A program made the translations under genes and the position numbers. Source: Haliotis rubra (taxonomy: Eukaryota). From it: a DNA stretch of 64,000 nucleotides. The stretch lies in assembly GCF_003918875.1 (NCBI RefSeq), contig NW_025767048.1:868001-932000 (forward strand). The letters are read 5' to 3'. Each line of letters begins with the position of its first letter. The stretch's first letter is position 1. The notes below the pieces were generated by a model. It did no database searches, had not been told where the DNA came from, and saw only the letters and a program-made list of their open reading frames with translations. This document shows, one piece after another, positions 1 to 12,440 of the stretch.

Positions 1-257
1 CCTGAACCTCATTATATTCCCTTCCGCCCGGCCATTTATGCGATGATTAAGCGCTAATTGAAGACAGTCAAAATTTTCTCAGGTTCAGAATGTTCCAACT
101 CACTTGGGCTCCTTTTCAATTCAAATGGAATTATTTATTTCTACCAATATATTCAGATACTAAGCGTTAGTCTCCGTGGGAATCTACCAGCTCTCTCTCC
201 CCCCATCCTAGACAGACTACCCCCATCCCACCCACAGTGACTGCGGTGTCTACTTAC

Positions 258-378
258 AGCAGCTCCTGTGTTCAATGTGTCCCCAAGTATGTGCCCTGGG
301 GTGTAAGCTGGAGGACTAGAAGAGTCTGCCTGATTTTTCTTGGGCCAAACAGCGCTGCTGCTTCTCCTCGTCTTGGTG
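258..378 (-). CDS. Cytoplasmic-tail exon of gene A with PPAY motif
   Basis: ggacag|C...GCT|gtaagt; homologous to 34420-34543, differing by a frame-preserving 3-nt indel. Confidence 0.75.
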
Positions 379-3300
379 CTGTCCAAATAAGTTCATATGA
401 TTACGTTTGATGTGGTTCAAGCTGTTTTCATCCCTTATATGGTACAGGGATGCTCATATGTAGCCCCAATGTAATACTAGTATCTGATGCCAACATGTGA
501 TACTAGTATCTGATGCCAACATCTAATACTAGTATCTGATGCCAACATGTAATACAAGTATCTGATGCCAACATCTAATACTAGTATCTGATGCCCACAT
601 GTAATATTAGTATCTGATGCCAACATCTAATACTAGTATCTGATGCATACATGTAATACTTGTATCTGATACCAACATGTAATACTAGTATCTGATGCAT
701 GCATATAATACTAGTATCTGATGCCAACATGTAATACTAGTGTATCTGATGCCAACATCTAATACTAGTATCTGATGCCAACATGTAATACTAGTGTATC
801 TGATGCATACATGTAATACTTGTATCTAATGCCAACATGTAATACTAGTATCTGATGCCAACATCTAATACTAGTATCTGATGCCAACATCTAATACTAG
901 TATCTGATGCCAACATCTAATACTAGTATCTGATGCCAACATGTAATACTAGTATCTGATGCCAACATGTAATACTAGTATCTGATGTCCACATGTAATA
1001 CTAGTATCTTATGCCAACATCTAATACTAGTATCTGATGCCAACATGTAATACTAGTATCTGATGCCAACATGTAATACTAGTATCTGATGCCAACATCT
1101 AATACTAGTATCTGATGCCAACATCTAATACTAGTATCTGATGCCAACATCTAATACTAGTATCTGATGCCAACATGTAATACTAGTATCTGATGCCAAC
1201 ATGTAATACTAGTATCTGATGCCAACATCTAATACTAGTATCTGATGCCAACATGTAATACTAGTATCTGATGCCAACATCTAATACTAGTATCTGATGC
1301 CAACATCTAATACTAGTATCTGATGCCAACATCTAATACTAGTATCTGATGCCAACATCTAATACTAGTATCTGATGCCAACATCTAATACTAGTATCTG
1401 ATGCTAACATCTGATGCTAACATCTATGTAATACTAGTATCTGATGCATACATGCAATACTTGTATCTGATGCCAACATGTAATACTAGTATCTGATGCC
1501 AACATCTAATACTAGTATCTGATGCCAACATCTAATACTAGTATCTGATGCCAACATGTAATACTAGTATCTGATGCCAACATGTAATACTAGTATCTGA
1601 TGCCAACATGTAATACTAGTATCTGATGCCAACATGTAATACTAGTATCTGATGTCAACATCTAATACTAGTATCTGATGCCAACATCTAATACTAGTAT
1701 CTGATGCCAACATCTAATACTAATATCTGATGCCAACATCTAATACTAGTATCTGATGCCAACATGTAATACTAGTATCTGATGCTAACATGTAATACTA
1801 GTATCTGATGCCAACATCTAATACTAGTATCTGATGCCAACATGTAATACTAGTATCTGATGCCAACATCTAATACTAGTATCTGATGCCCACATGTAAT
1901 GCAAGTATCTGAACCCACATGTAAAATTAGTATCTGATGCTAACATCTAATACTAGTATCTGATGCCAACATGTAATGCTAGTATCTGATGTCAACATCT
2001 AATACTAGTATCTGATGCCAACATCTAATACTAGTATCTGATGCCAACATGTAATACTAGTATCTGATGCCAACATGTAATACTAGTATCTGATGCCAAC
2101 ATGTTATACTAGTATCTGATGCCAACATCTAATACTAGTATCTGATGTCAACATGTAATACTAGTATCTGATGCCAACATCTAATACTAGTATCTGATGC
2201 CAACATCTAATAATAGTATCTGATGCCAACATCTAATACTAGTATCTGATGCCATCTAATACTAGTATCTGATGCCAACATCTAATACTAGTATCTGATG
2301 CTAACATGTAATACTGGTATCTGATGCCTAACATCTAATACTAGTATCTGATGTCAACATGTAATACTGGTATCTGATGCCAACATGTAATACTGGTATC
2401 TGATGCCAACATGTTAATACTAGTATCTGATGCCAACATCTAATACTGGTATCTGATGCCAACATGTAATACTAGTATCTGATGTCAACATCTAATAATG
2501 GTATCTGATGCCCACATGTAATACTAAGTATCTGAACCCACATGTAATACTGGTATCTGATGCTAACATCTAATACTAGTATCTGTGCATCTAATGCTAG
2601 TATCTAATGCCAACATCTAATGCTGGTATCATGCCAACATCTAATACTAGTATCTGATGCCAACATCTAATACTGGTATCTGATGCCAACATCTAATACT
2701 GGTATCTGATGCAAACTGGTATATTATGATGGTATCTGATGTCAACATCTAATACTAGTATCTGATGCCAACATCTAATACTAGTATCTGATGCTAACAT
2801 CTAACACTAGTATCTGATGTCAGCATGTAATACTAGTATCTGATGCCAACATGTTATACTAGTATCTGATGCCCACATGTAATGCAAGTATCTGAACCCA
2901 CATGTAAAATTAGTATCTGATGCTAACATCTAATACTAGTATCTGATGCCAACATGTAATGCTAGTATCTGATGTCAACATCTAATACTAGTATCTGATG
3001 CCAACATCTAATACTAGTATCTGATGCCAACATCTAATACTAGTATCTGATGCCAACATGTAATAATAGTATCTGATGCCAACATGTTATACTAGTATCT
3101 GATGCCAACATCTAATACTAGTATCTGATGTCAACATGTAATACTAGTATCTGATGCCAACATCTAATACTAGTATCTGATGCCAACATCTAACAATAGT
3201 ATCTGATGCCAACATCTAATACTAGTATCTAATGCCAACATCTAATACTAGTATCCAACATCTAATACTAGTATCTGATGCCAACATCTAATACTAGTAT

Positions 3301-6300
3301 CTGATGCTAACATGTAATACTCTTATCTGATGCCAACATCTAATACTAGTATCTGATGTCAACATGTAATACTAGTATCTGATGCCAACATGTAATACTA
3401 GTATCTGATGCCAACATGTTATACTAGTATCTGATGCCAACATCTAATACTAGTATCTGATGCCCACATGTAATACTAGTATCTGATGTCAACATCTAAC
3501 AATAGTATCTGATGCCCACATGTAATATAAGTATCTGAACCCACATGTTAAAACTAGTATCTGATGCTAACATCTAATACTAGTATCCAACATCTAATAC
3601 TAGTATCTAATGCCAACATCTAATACTAGTATCCAACATCTAATACTAGTATCTGATGCCAACATCTAATACTAGTATCTGATGCCAACATCTAATACTA
3701 GTATCTGATGCCAACATGTTATGATAGTATCTGATGTCAACATCTAATACTAGTATCTGATGCCAACATCTAATACTAGTATCTGATGCTAACATCTAAT
3801 ACTAGTATCTGATGCCAACATGTAATACTAGTATCTGATGCCAACATGTTATACTAGTATCTGATGCCAACATATAATACTAGTATCTGATGCCCACATG
3901 TAATACTAGTATCTAATGCCAACATCTAATACTAGTTTCTGATGCCAACATGTAATACTAGTATCTGGTGCCCACATGTAATACTAGTATCTAATGCCAA
4001 CATCTAATACTAGTATCTGATGCCAACATCTAATACTAGTATCTGATGTCAACATGTAATACTAGTATCTGATGTCAACATGTAATACTAGTATCTGATG
4101 CCAACATGTAATACTAGTATCTGATGCCCACATGTAATACTAGTATCTAATGCCAACATCTAATACTAGTATCTGATGCCAACATGTAATACTAGTATCT
4201 GCTGCCAACATGTAATACTAGTATCTGATGCCAACATGTAATACTAGTATCTGATGTCAACATCTAATACTTGTATGCAACATCTAATACTAGTATCTGA
4301 TGCCAACATCTAATGCTAGTATCCAACATCTAATACTAGTATCTGATGCCAACATGTAATACTAGTATCTGATGCCAACATCTAATACTAGTATCTGATG
4401 CCAACATGTAATACTCGTATCTGATGCCAACATCTAATACTAGTATCTGATGCCAACATCTAATACTAGTATCTGATGCCCACATGTAATACTAGTATCT
4501 AATGCCAACATCTAATACTAGTATCTGATCCCAACATGTAATACTTGTATCTGATGCCAACATGTAATACTAGTATCTGATGCCAAACTCTAATACTAGT
4601 ATCTGATGCCAACATGTAATACTAGTATCTGATGCCAACATGTAATACTAGTATCTGATGCCAACATCTAATACTAGTATCTGATGCCAACATGTAATAC
4701 TAGTATCTGATGCCCACATGTTATACTAGTATCTGATGCCAACATCTAATACTAGTATCTGATGCCAACATCTAATACTAGTATCTGATGCCAACATGTA
4801 ATACTAGTATCTGATGCCCAACATCTAATACTAGTATCTGATGCCAACATCTAATACTAGTATCTGATGCACATCTAATACTAGTATCTGATGCCAACAT
4901 GTAATACTGGTATCTGATGCCAACATGTAATAATACTAGTATCTGATGCCAACATCTAATACTAGTATCTGATGCCAACATGTAATACTAGTATCTGATG
5001 CCAACATCTAATACTAGTATCTGATGCCAACATGTAATACTAGTATCTGATGCCAACATCTAATACTAGTATCTGATGCCAACATGTAATACTCGTATCT
5101 GATGCCAACATCTAATACTAGTATCTGATGCCAACATCTAATACTAGTATCTGATGCCAACATCTAATACTAGTATCTGATGCCCACATGTAATACTAGT
5201 ATCTAATGCCAACATCTAATACTAGTATCTGATGCCAACATCTAATACTAGTATCTGATGCCAACATGTAATACTAGTGTCTGATGCCAACATCTAATAC
5301 TAGTATCTGGTGCCAACATGTAATACTAGTATCTGGTGTCCACATGTAATACTAGTATCTAATGCCAACATCTAATACTAGTATCTGATGCCAACATCTA
5401 ATACTAGTATCTGATGTCAACATGTAATACTAGTATCTGATGCCAACATCTAATACTAGTATCTGATGCCAACATGTAATACTAGTATCTGATGCCAACA
5501 TGTAATACTAGTGTCTGATGCCCACATGTAATACTAGTGTCTAATGCCAACATCTAATACTAGTATCTGATGCCAACATCTAATACTAGTATCTGATGCC
5601 AACATGTAATACTAGTATCTGGTGCCAACATGTAATACTAGTATCTGATGCCAACATCTAATACTAGTATCCGATGCCAACATCTAATACTAGTATCTGA
5701 TGCCAACATGTAATACTAGTATCTGATGCCAACATCTAATACTAGTATCTGATGCCAACATGTAATACTAGTATCTGATGCCAACATCTAATACTAGTAT
5801 CTGATGCCAACATCTAATACTAGTATCCAACATCTAATACTAGTATCTGATGCCAACATCTAATACTAGTATCTGATGCCAACATCTAATACTAGTATCT
5901 GATGCCAACATCTAATACTAGTATCTGATGCCAACATCTAATACTAGTATCCAACATCTAATACTGGTATCTGATGCCAACATCTAATACTGGTATCTGA
6001 TGCCAACATCTAATACTAGTATCTGATGTCAACATGTAATACTAGTATCTGATGCCAACATGTAATACTAGTATCTGATGCCAACATCTAATACTGGTAT
6101 CTGATGCCAACATGTAATACTAGTATCTGATGTCCACATCTAATACTAGTATCTAATGCCAACATCTAATACTAGTATCTGATGCCAACATCTAATACTA
6201 GTATCTGATGCCAACATCTAGCACTAGTATCTGATGCCGATATGTAATACTAGTATCTGATGCCCACATGTAATAATTTCTGATGGAAAATCAACATGCA

Positions 6301-9300
6301 TATTTCTATTTTACTACCTACGTGAAAACGTTGAGACCTATGAGTGATATCGTTCTCAGAGCTTCAAATGGATGTGGGCGTTGAGTCATGCAACAGATGG
6401 GGTCATTCTTATCTATCATATCGACCTGCTTACAGTGATAACAGCTTTGATCATGACGGTAAGATATTTAGCATGATGCTAATGGAGTTGTTAATTACCG
6501 GACTTGTTTGTTTCCGTTACTGCTTGTCAACATACTACTCACATATCGTAGATTTGTTATCAATTGTTTGTGATTACCCTTTAACCCTGCAAACCACCAC
6601 AATCACCACGGCGATCAGCACCAGAGCAGACACGGTAGAAAGCACAATAACCAGCGTAGTGTTTGGGGAATCTGTAAACCAAGTAAGTAACAATCTTCAC
6701 AAAGTATATTCCGGTATTTCTTACTACGTGCTGGTTACAATTAAGGTATATTAACTGACAGACATTTACAAACAAAAGGACCACTAAATTTTATTCTTTT
6801 GGACTTCAATCAGTATTGGGAGAAAGATAAGATATTTCTCGGGCTTACCCTCTGCAGCAGAATCCCGAGCAGGATGGTCATCATCTTAAAGAAATGAACG
6901 TACAATGAGTGGGTAAATGCTTCATTTAAGTATCGTTAAAGCTAATGTTTATGCAGTCTTTGTGGAATGGCAGTCTGTTTCTTAAACTTGCTTATTCCCT
7001 CAGCTTTACAAACTGCAAACAACACAGAATACAGCTGCTCGCATTGTTCCAGATTATATAACTCCTATTCTCAAATCCCTACACTGGCTTCTAATTGATG
7101 TGAAATTGGGTTTTACGTCGTGCTTGAGAATATTTCATTCATATGACGATGCACATGCATGTGTATGTGTATGTGCGGCTGCTTGTACTAGCTTAAGCTG
7201 GTTTTATAGTGCTAGCCCACTGAGATACCATGCCTCAGTGAAGCATGAATACCCCACTCAGACACATTATACTGACTCCGAGCCGATCAGTCCTTGCTGT
7301 ACCCATTAATGCCGAACGCCAGGCAGGGACCAACAAGTACCATATTTTAACGTCTTTTTTGACGCGGTCGGGGATCGAACCCGTGACCTTCCGATCTCCG
7401 GGCAGACGCTCTAACCACTACACCACGGAGGCGGTTGGCTTTTTATTGAATATCGTATTGATGCTCCTCTGTATTGTCAACAAGTGTCTACACAATCTCG
7501 CGCCAGCTCAACTCAAGGATCTCATCCCAGAATTCACTCCAACCAGAACTCTTCGTTCCCATAACCAGCTCTTGTTAACAGTCCCCAAGATCTTTCCGAC
7601 ATGCAGCTCCACATCTGTCAAATTCCCAACTGTCAACATTAAACTTTCTGACGCTCACACAGCTTTCAAATCTCATTTGAAAAACTTTCTCAAGAGCAGT
7701 TATTACTAACTCTTCAAACCAACCATGTATATGTATTGTATATTATCCTCTGATTATTGTAGCGCCATGAGCATGCACAAGTGCATGAATACAGGCGCAG
7801 GCTACATGTCCATTAATATCATTATTTATTATTACTTACCAACGTGCACATCACAGTTTTTCCCAGTCCAACCGCTTCCACAGATACAGTCGTACCTGTC
7901 CAGACCATCCACACATGTGCCGCCATTCTGACACGGGCCGCTCCTACACGACTCGGCGACTGGAAACAGCACAGGATATATGTGAGAGGTGCATTATATC
8001 AGATATGAAGAGATACGTACACTTAGAAAATGTTGATGTCATCGACTAGATAAAATGTCTGGAATACGGGAGCATTACAATATCATGAATGATAACAACG
8101 CAATGCAAGTCAATGAACTTCAACGGCAGAGATTCCGGATTGAAACAAGACCCAACTAACCCAAGATCTTCTTCAAACACGACAAATATACATGTATGGG
8201 GGTTAATAGGCTTCGTGATTATTTTGAATGTATGTTATCCATCCCTACAAGCTTCGACCCGCGATGAAGAGATACATACACTTAGAAAATGTTGATGTCA
8301 TCGACTAGATAAAATGTCTGGAATACGGGAGCATTACAATATCATGAATGATAACAACGCAATGCAAGTCAATGAACTTCAACGGCAGAGATTCCGGATT
8401 GAAACAAGACCCAACTAACCCAAGATCTTCTTCAAACACGACAAATATACATGTATGGGGGTTAATAGGCTTCGTGATTATTTTGAATGTATGTTATCCA
8501 TCCCTACAAGCTTCGACCCGCGACGATCCGGGTTAAAATTGATCTTCAGCAACCCATGCTTGTCGTTAGAGGCGACTTACAGGATCGTGTGGTCAGGCTC
8601 GCTGACTGGGTTGACACATGTCATCGTATCCCAATTGTGTAGAACGATGTTCATGTTGTTGATCACTGAATTGTCTGGTCCAGACTCGATTATCTACAGA
8701 CCGCCGCCATATAGCTGGAATATTGCTGAGTGCAGCGTTAAACAACAGCCAAACAAAACCAATCATGTTATTTGTGTGGTGGTATGTGGTTGGAGACGGA
8801 CTGTGGAATATTGCCGAGTGCGTCATTAAGCAAGCAAGCAACCAACCAAACTAGAATCTTCATTATAGCTATACTGAAACCCAGTAATCAGAACTATATT
8901 CATATCTAACACAGCTTTATGCTATACATACAGATACATCTTGGTGTGGAAAGACTCCAGCCTCCGTTAACCATACATGTTCTCTCATAGGGACCGGTCA
9001 GGTTAAAGCTGGTGTCACATGTGTAGGTGATGACGTCATTATACTGGAACCTTCCCCCGTGTACTTTTCCGTGTGGAATGGACACTGGCTTGGCGCAGGT
9101 CAATACTGAAAAGAAAACGAGTCAACCTTTACGCAGCACGAATGTAATTTTATTATATGGCAGTATTCGTCCTATTATACTAAACATCTTGTGCGATGAA
9201 CATATGCTTTCATCTTTGTATTTCTTTCATTCATATTAGATTCAGGCTTTGACGCCTGACTGACTGAGTTTAGTTTTAGTGTTATTCCAGTAACATCACG

Positions 9301-9956
9301 GCGGGGGACACCAGAAATGGGCTTCACACATTGTGCCCATGTGGGGATTCGAGCCCGGGTCTTCGGCGTGACGAGCCAACGCTTTAACCATTAGGCTACC
9401 CCACCGCCCCTCAGGCTTTGAGAAGACTAGCAACGAGTAACATACAAAATATCTTCGGCAACCCATGCTCGAAGGATCGCTTGATGCATGTCACTGGATT
9501 GTCTGACTCGATGATTTTTGGTGTTATAAAACTGGAACATTGCCGAGTTAAACAACAAACAAAACTGGACTACCTCGAATACTAGTAAACACCATTGTTC
9601 TTGACGGTATGTGTTACATGTTTAGATGAGGTATAATACTTACTGCTGTCACAGCATTCTCCATATCTTCCCAGAGGACAGGAGCATCCATATCCATTAT
9701 AGTGACCTGTATCACAGTGTTTGTTGCAGTCCCTTCTTTCAGAAGCCCCATTTCCTCCGTCGCAGGATTCAAATGTCCCACATTCTGGCGTGTCGAGAAC
9801 ATTCACCAGCCTCTCGCGTATCTGTCCACCATAACATCTACTCGAGCAATTCGACCAGGCCTGCCAAGTCAACCAGTTGCATCCACAACTGTCCCATGTA
9901 TCGGTTCTCTGGCATGTCGTGATAGGAATGACGGCGACCAAGATCAACCACAGCAT
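258..9956 (-). CDS. Gene A: chimeric small type-I membrane protein (signal-TSP1-EGF-like / CCP / EGF / linker / TM / PPxY tail); last exon probably left of the window
   Basis: Exons 9956-9644 (MLWLILVAVIPITTC.., WxxWxxWxxCS), 9105-8932 (sushi, 174 bp), 7959-7840 (EGF ..CRSGPCQNGGTCVDG..), 6884-6849 (36 bp), 6671-6578 (DSPNTTLVIVLSTVSALVLIAVVIVVVCRVKG), 378-258 (TKTRR..SPPAYTPG..). All introns GT-AG with phases 1,1,1,1,2 joining in one frame: 858 nt, no stop. Confidence 0.8.
470..6274. repeat. 26-bp tandem satellite/minisatellite, about 220 units, consensus TAATACTAGTATCTGATGCCAACAT(C/G)
   Basis: Directly visible continuous array with no spacers; intronic in gene A. Confidence 0.98.
6578..6671 (-). 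CDS. Transmembrane exon of gene A
   Basis: tttacag|ATTCCC...AAAGG|gtaatc; hydrophobic stretch of about 21 residues followed by R/K; same 94-bp size as gene D exon 34972-35065. Confidence 0.85.
6990..7833 (+). mobile_element. 3' remnant of L2/CR1-group LINE, interrupted by a SINE
   Basis: Translated remnants QNTAARIV..ITPILKSLHWL and NKCLHNLAP..PTRTLRS..LLTVPK; (ATT)-type tail ending at about 7833. Confidence 0.65.
7100..7437 (-). mobile_element. tRNA-derived SINE (Meta-domain-like core)
   Basis: Minus strand begins with A box gtggtgtagtggttaga and B box gggttcgatcccc, followed by a conserved-looking core. Confidence 0.65.
8005..8522. repeat. 259-bp near-identical tandem duplication in a gene A intron
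   Basis: ORFs at 8089 and 8348 are near-identical and offset by 259 bp; single copy in B and C introns. Confidence 0.9.
8526..8760 (+). mobile_element. SINE family 2 (about 240 bp); other copies/fragments about 9455-9560, 13270-13400(-), 20913-21158, 26603-26780, 37005-37090(-), 40960-41125, 55245-55450(-)
   Basis: Dispersed ccgggttagaattgatcttcagcaacccatgcttgtcg...cagaccgccgccatatagctggaatattgctgagtgc with short simple-repeat tail. Confidence 0.85.
9259..9410 (-). mobile_element. tRNA-derived SINE family 1 (about 170 bp); other copies about 14279-14440, 14957-15120, 15160-15270(-), 24890-25040, 30711-30860, 36055-36220, 37870-38030(-), 56240-56360, 56870-57000(-)
   Basis: gggcggtggggtagcctagtggttaaagcg...gggttcgattcc (A/B boxes)...gaagcccatttctggtgtcccc...(actc/agtc)n tail. 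Confidence 0.9.
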
Positions 9957-10381
9957 GGTTACACCTGTAAAGAACTGGTAATGGTAAATCGTAATGTCGA
10001 TGCTTCTCTGCGTGCCTTTATATTCAAGCTGATAAGAGTTGGCAAGCTTTCAAAGTTAAACAGGGATATTACTCGCTGTTCCGTTGTTCCTCTGTGTGAA
10101 TTTTACGATCAAGGACCCACAAGTGCGTGAGTCAAAACACTGACTTCAATTTTCCTACAATCAAAATGTAACTTCTGTATGTCACAAGGATTTCAAGCCT
10201 TTGTGTCCAAAGACCATTATTACGTTGCCAAGAGTTGTTTGATCAGGGTTACAGCCTTAAGGCCTTTATACAGCTATCAAGGCCTAAATACATCTTTCAC
10301 ACCGTTTCATTGGGGATATGCAGACAAATTTAACGAAAAAGTCTATCCCGTGTATTTTCACTTCTGCAAAATATGGCAATA

Positions 10382-11426
10382 CACTCGTTAAAAAAATTCT
10401 TTCCATCCGTCATCTTTGTGTGATTGTAAACAGCTTCAGCGCCAAAACGTGTTTTTTCATGTTTTAGAAGCGTTTGAAGAACTATTCGCCAATACGTCAC
10501 CAATACAACATGCGATATTGGTCACTATAAAAAGGCAAACGTTGTGTTTGATTTTGTCATTTGTTTGCGCCTGGGAAAGAGGAAATCATCATGCCACAAC
10601 TGTGTGTCGCCAATTGAAACATCGCCATAGGCCGCCTTGAAGCTGGGGAGTCGCAGATTGCAGTTACCCGACATTTCAAGGTTCGTCAGAGCAGCATATC
10701 TCGCCTTTTGAATCCTTTCCTGCAGACCAATTCCGCCCAAGATCGCCCGAGAAGCGGCCGTCCAAGAGTTACTACCCAAGCCCAGGACCGCTCACTTGCG
10801 TCATCGTCTTGCCACAGCCGTGGAGACTGCACAACCCATCCCTGGTTTGAGAAGAATTTTCGACCAAATTGTCAGGAATCGAAGTGTGAAGTGGGGATTC
10901 GACCAAGAAGGCCAGTTGTCGCCCCTGTTTTGAAAGACTTCCATCGGCGCAATCGCTTGCGGTGGTGTTGTAAAGTCCTGAACTGGAACCTTAGAAACTG
11001 GAGGCGAGTCTGGTTCACGATTCATGAATCACGATGTCTACTTCGCAGGCGAGATGGAAGACAATGTGTTTACTGACGGAGAAATAAACGTTTTGTCCCT
11101 AAATGCATTCGACAGGTTGACAGATTCGATGGAGGCATTGTCATGGTGTGAGGTGATATATCCAGCACACAAAGGTTTGATTTAGTGGTGGTTCAGGGGA
11201 TTTTGACAGCAAATCGGTACATCAGCAAAGTCCTTGCACGTCACATGGTTCCGTTTATGGACCGACAGAGGGAGTTGTTCCACTCGTCATGGTCCGCTGC
11301 CTTGCCAATTCTAACGTCAGTGTCTTACCATGGCCTCTTTACCATTGAAATTACATGAAATAATTGCTCTTAAACTAACGCAATAAATTCTTCTATAAAA
11401 TGGCTTATGCGTTTCTTTTACGAGTG
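10382..11426 (+). mobile_element. Defective Tc1/mariner DNA transposon
   Basis: TA-flanked inverted ends CACTCGT(T)AAAAA; transposase remnants RPRSGRPRVTT, WRRVWF..ES; frameshifted. Confidence 0.85.
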
Positions 11427-12440
11427 TATGTCCCCATGAACTCTTGACTTGTTTGTGCCTGCATGGGTGCCACTATGTGATAATGGTTTATGAACACATC
11501 GTTAGAATCGAACAATATATTCGTGTTATTGTTTAAATTATAGAATTTACACAGCCACGCGAAGGCAGAATATACCGACATTCTGCCTCTGAGCCTTTCT
11601 ATACTAGTATATCATGTAACACTGCAATATCAATTGCATTTATGTTACTTTAGTTATAAATACATATATCATAATAAATATGGTGGGACGTTTACAGGTA
11701 ACGTAGTGTATATGCAGATCGATGTACAATGAAACCCAAATATAATCGTCAGGATTAATATATTCATTTTGTATTCACGTAAGCGTTGCTAGTTGTAATC
11801 CTCCAAATGGTGAGCGTTCGATTGAACAGAATTAGGTATAACCGTTACGAGATTTCACACTTATAACTGTCTTTGAACGTAAGACAGAAACCCTCTTAAA
11901 TCAGATTGGTTGTGAAGTGGTGGAACCTTAACCCTGCTTGCCGTAAATGATTTCATTGTTTTAAATAACAAGGTGGAAAGGTTATCAGCTATTACGCTAA
12001 AGTTTTCATGGGAACATCTTACCATATATTGTACAAGTGAAAATACACCCGACAGACTTTTTCGGTAAATTCGTCTACATATCCCCAATGAAACGGTGTG
12101 AAATATGCATTGAGGCTTTGAAAGTTGTATTAAGGACTTACATTTGTATTAAAGCCTTGAAAGCTGCATTAAGGCCTTAAGGATGTAACTCTGATCAAAC
12201 AACTCTTGGCAACGTAATAATGGTCTTTGGCCACAAAAGGCTTAAAATCCTTGTGACATACAGAAGTTACAGGAAGTAGGAAAATTAAAGTCAGTCTTTT
12301 TGTCTCAAGCACTTGTGCGTCCTTGATGGCAAAATTCACACAGAGGAACAACGGAACAGCGAGTAGTATCCCTGTTTAGTCTTGAAAGCTTGCCAACTCT
12401 TATCAGCTTGAATACAAGGACGTGGGCGACAAGTCTTCTA

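Noticed and set aside
470-6274. CRISPR-like array of palindromic 26-bp repeats
   Set aside because: No unique spacers, no cas genes, and eukaryotic intronic context; it is a tandem satellite. ORF 4778-4981 is a repeat artefact.
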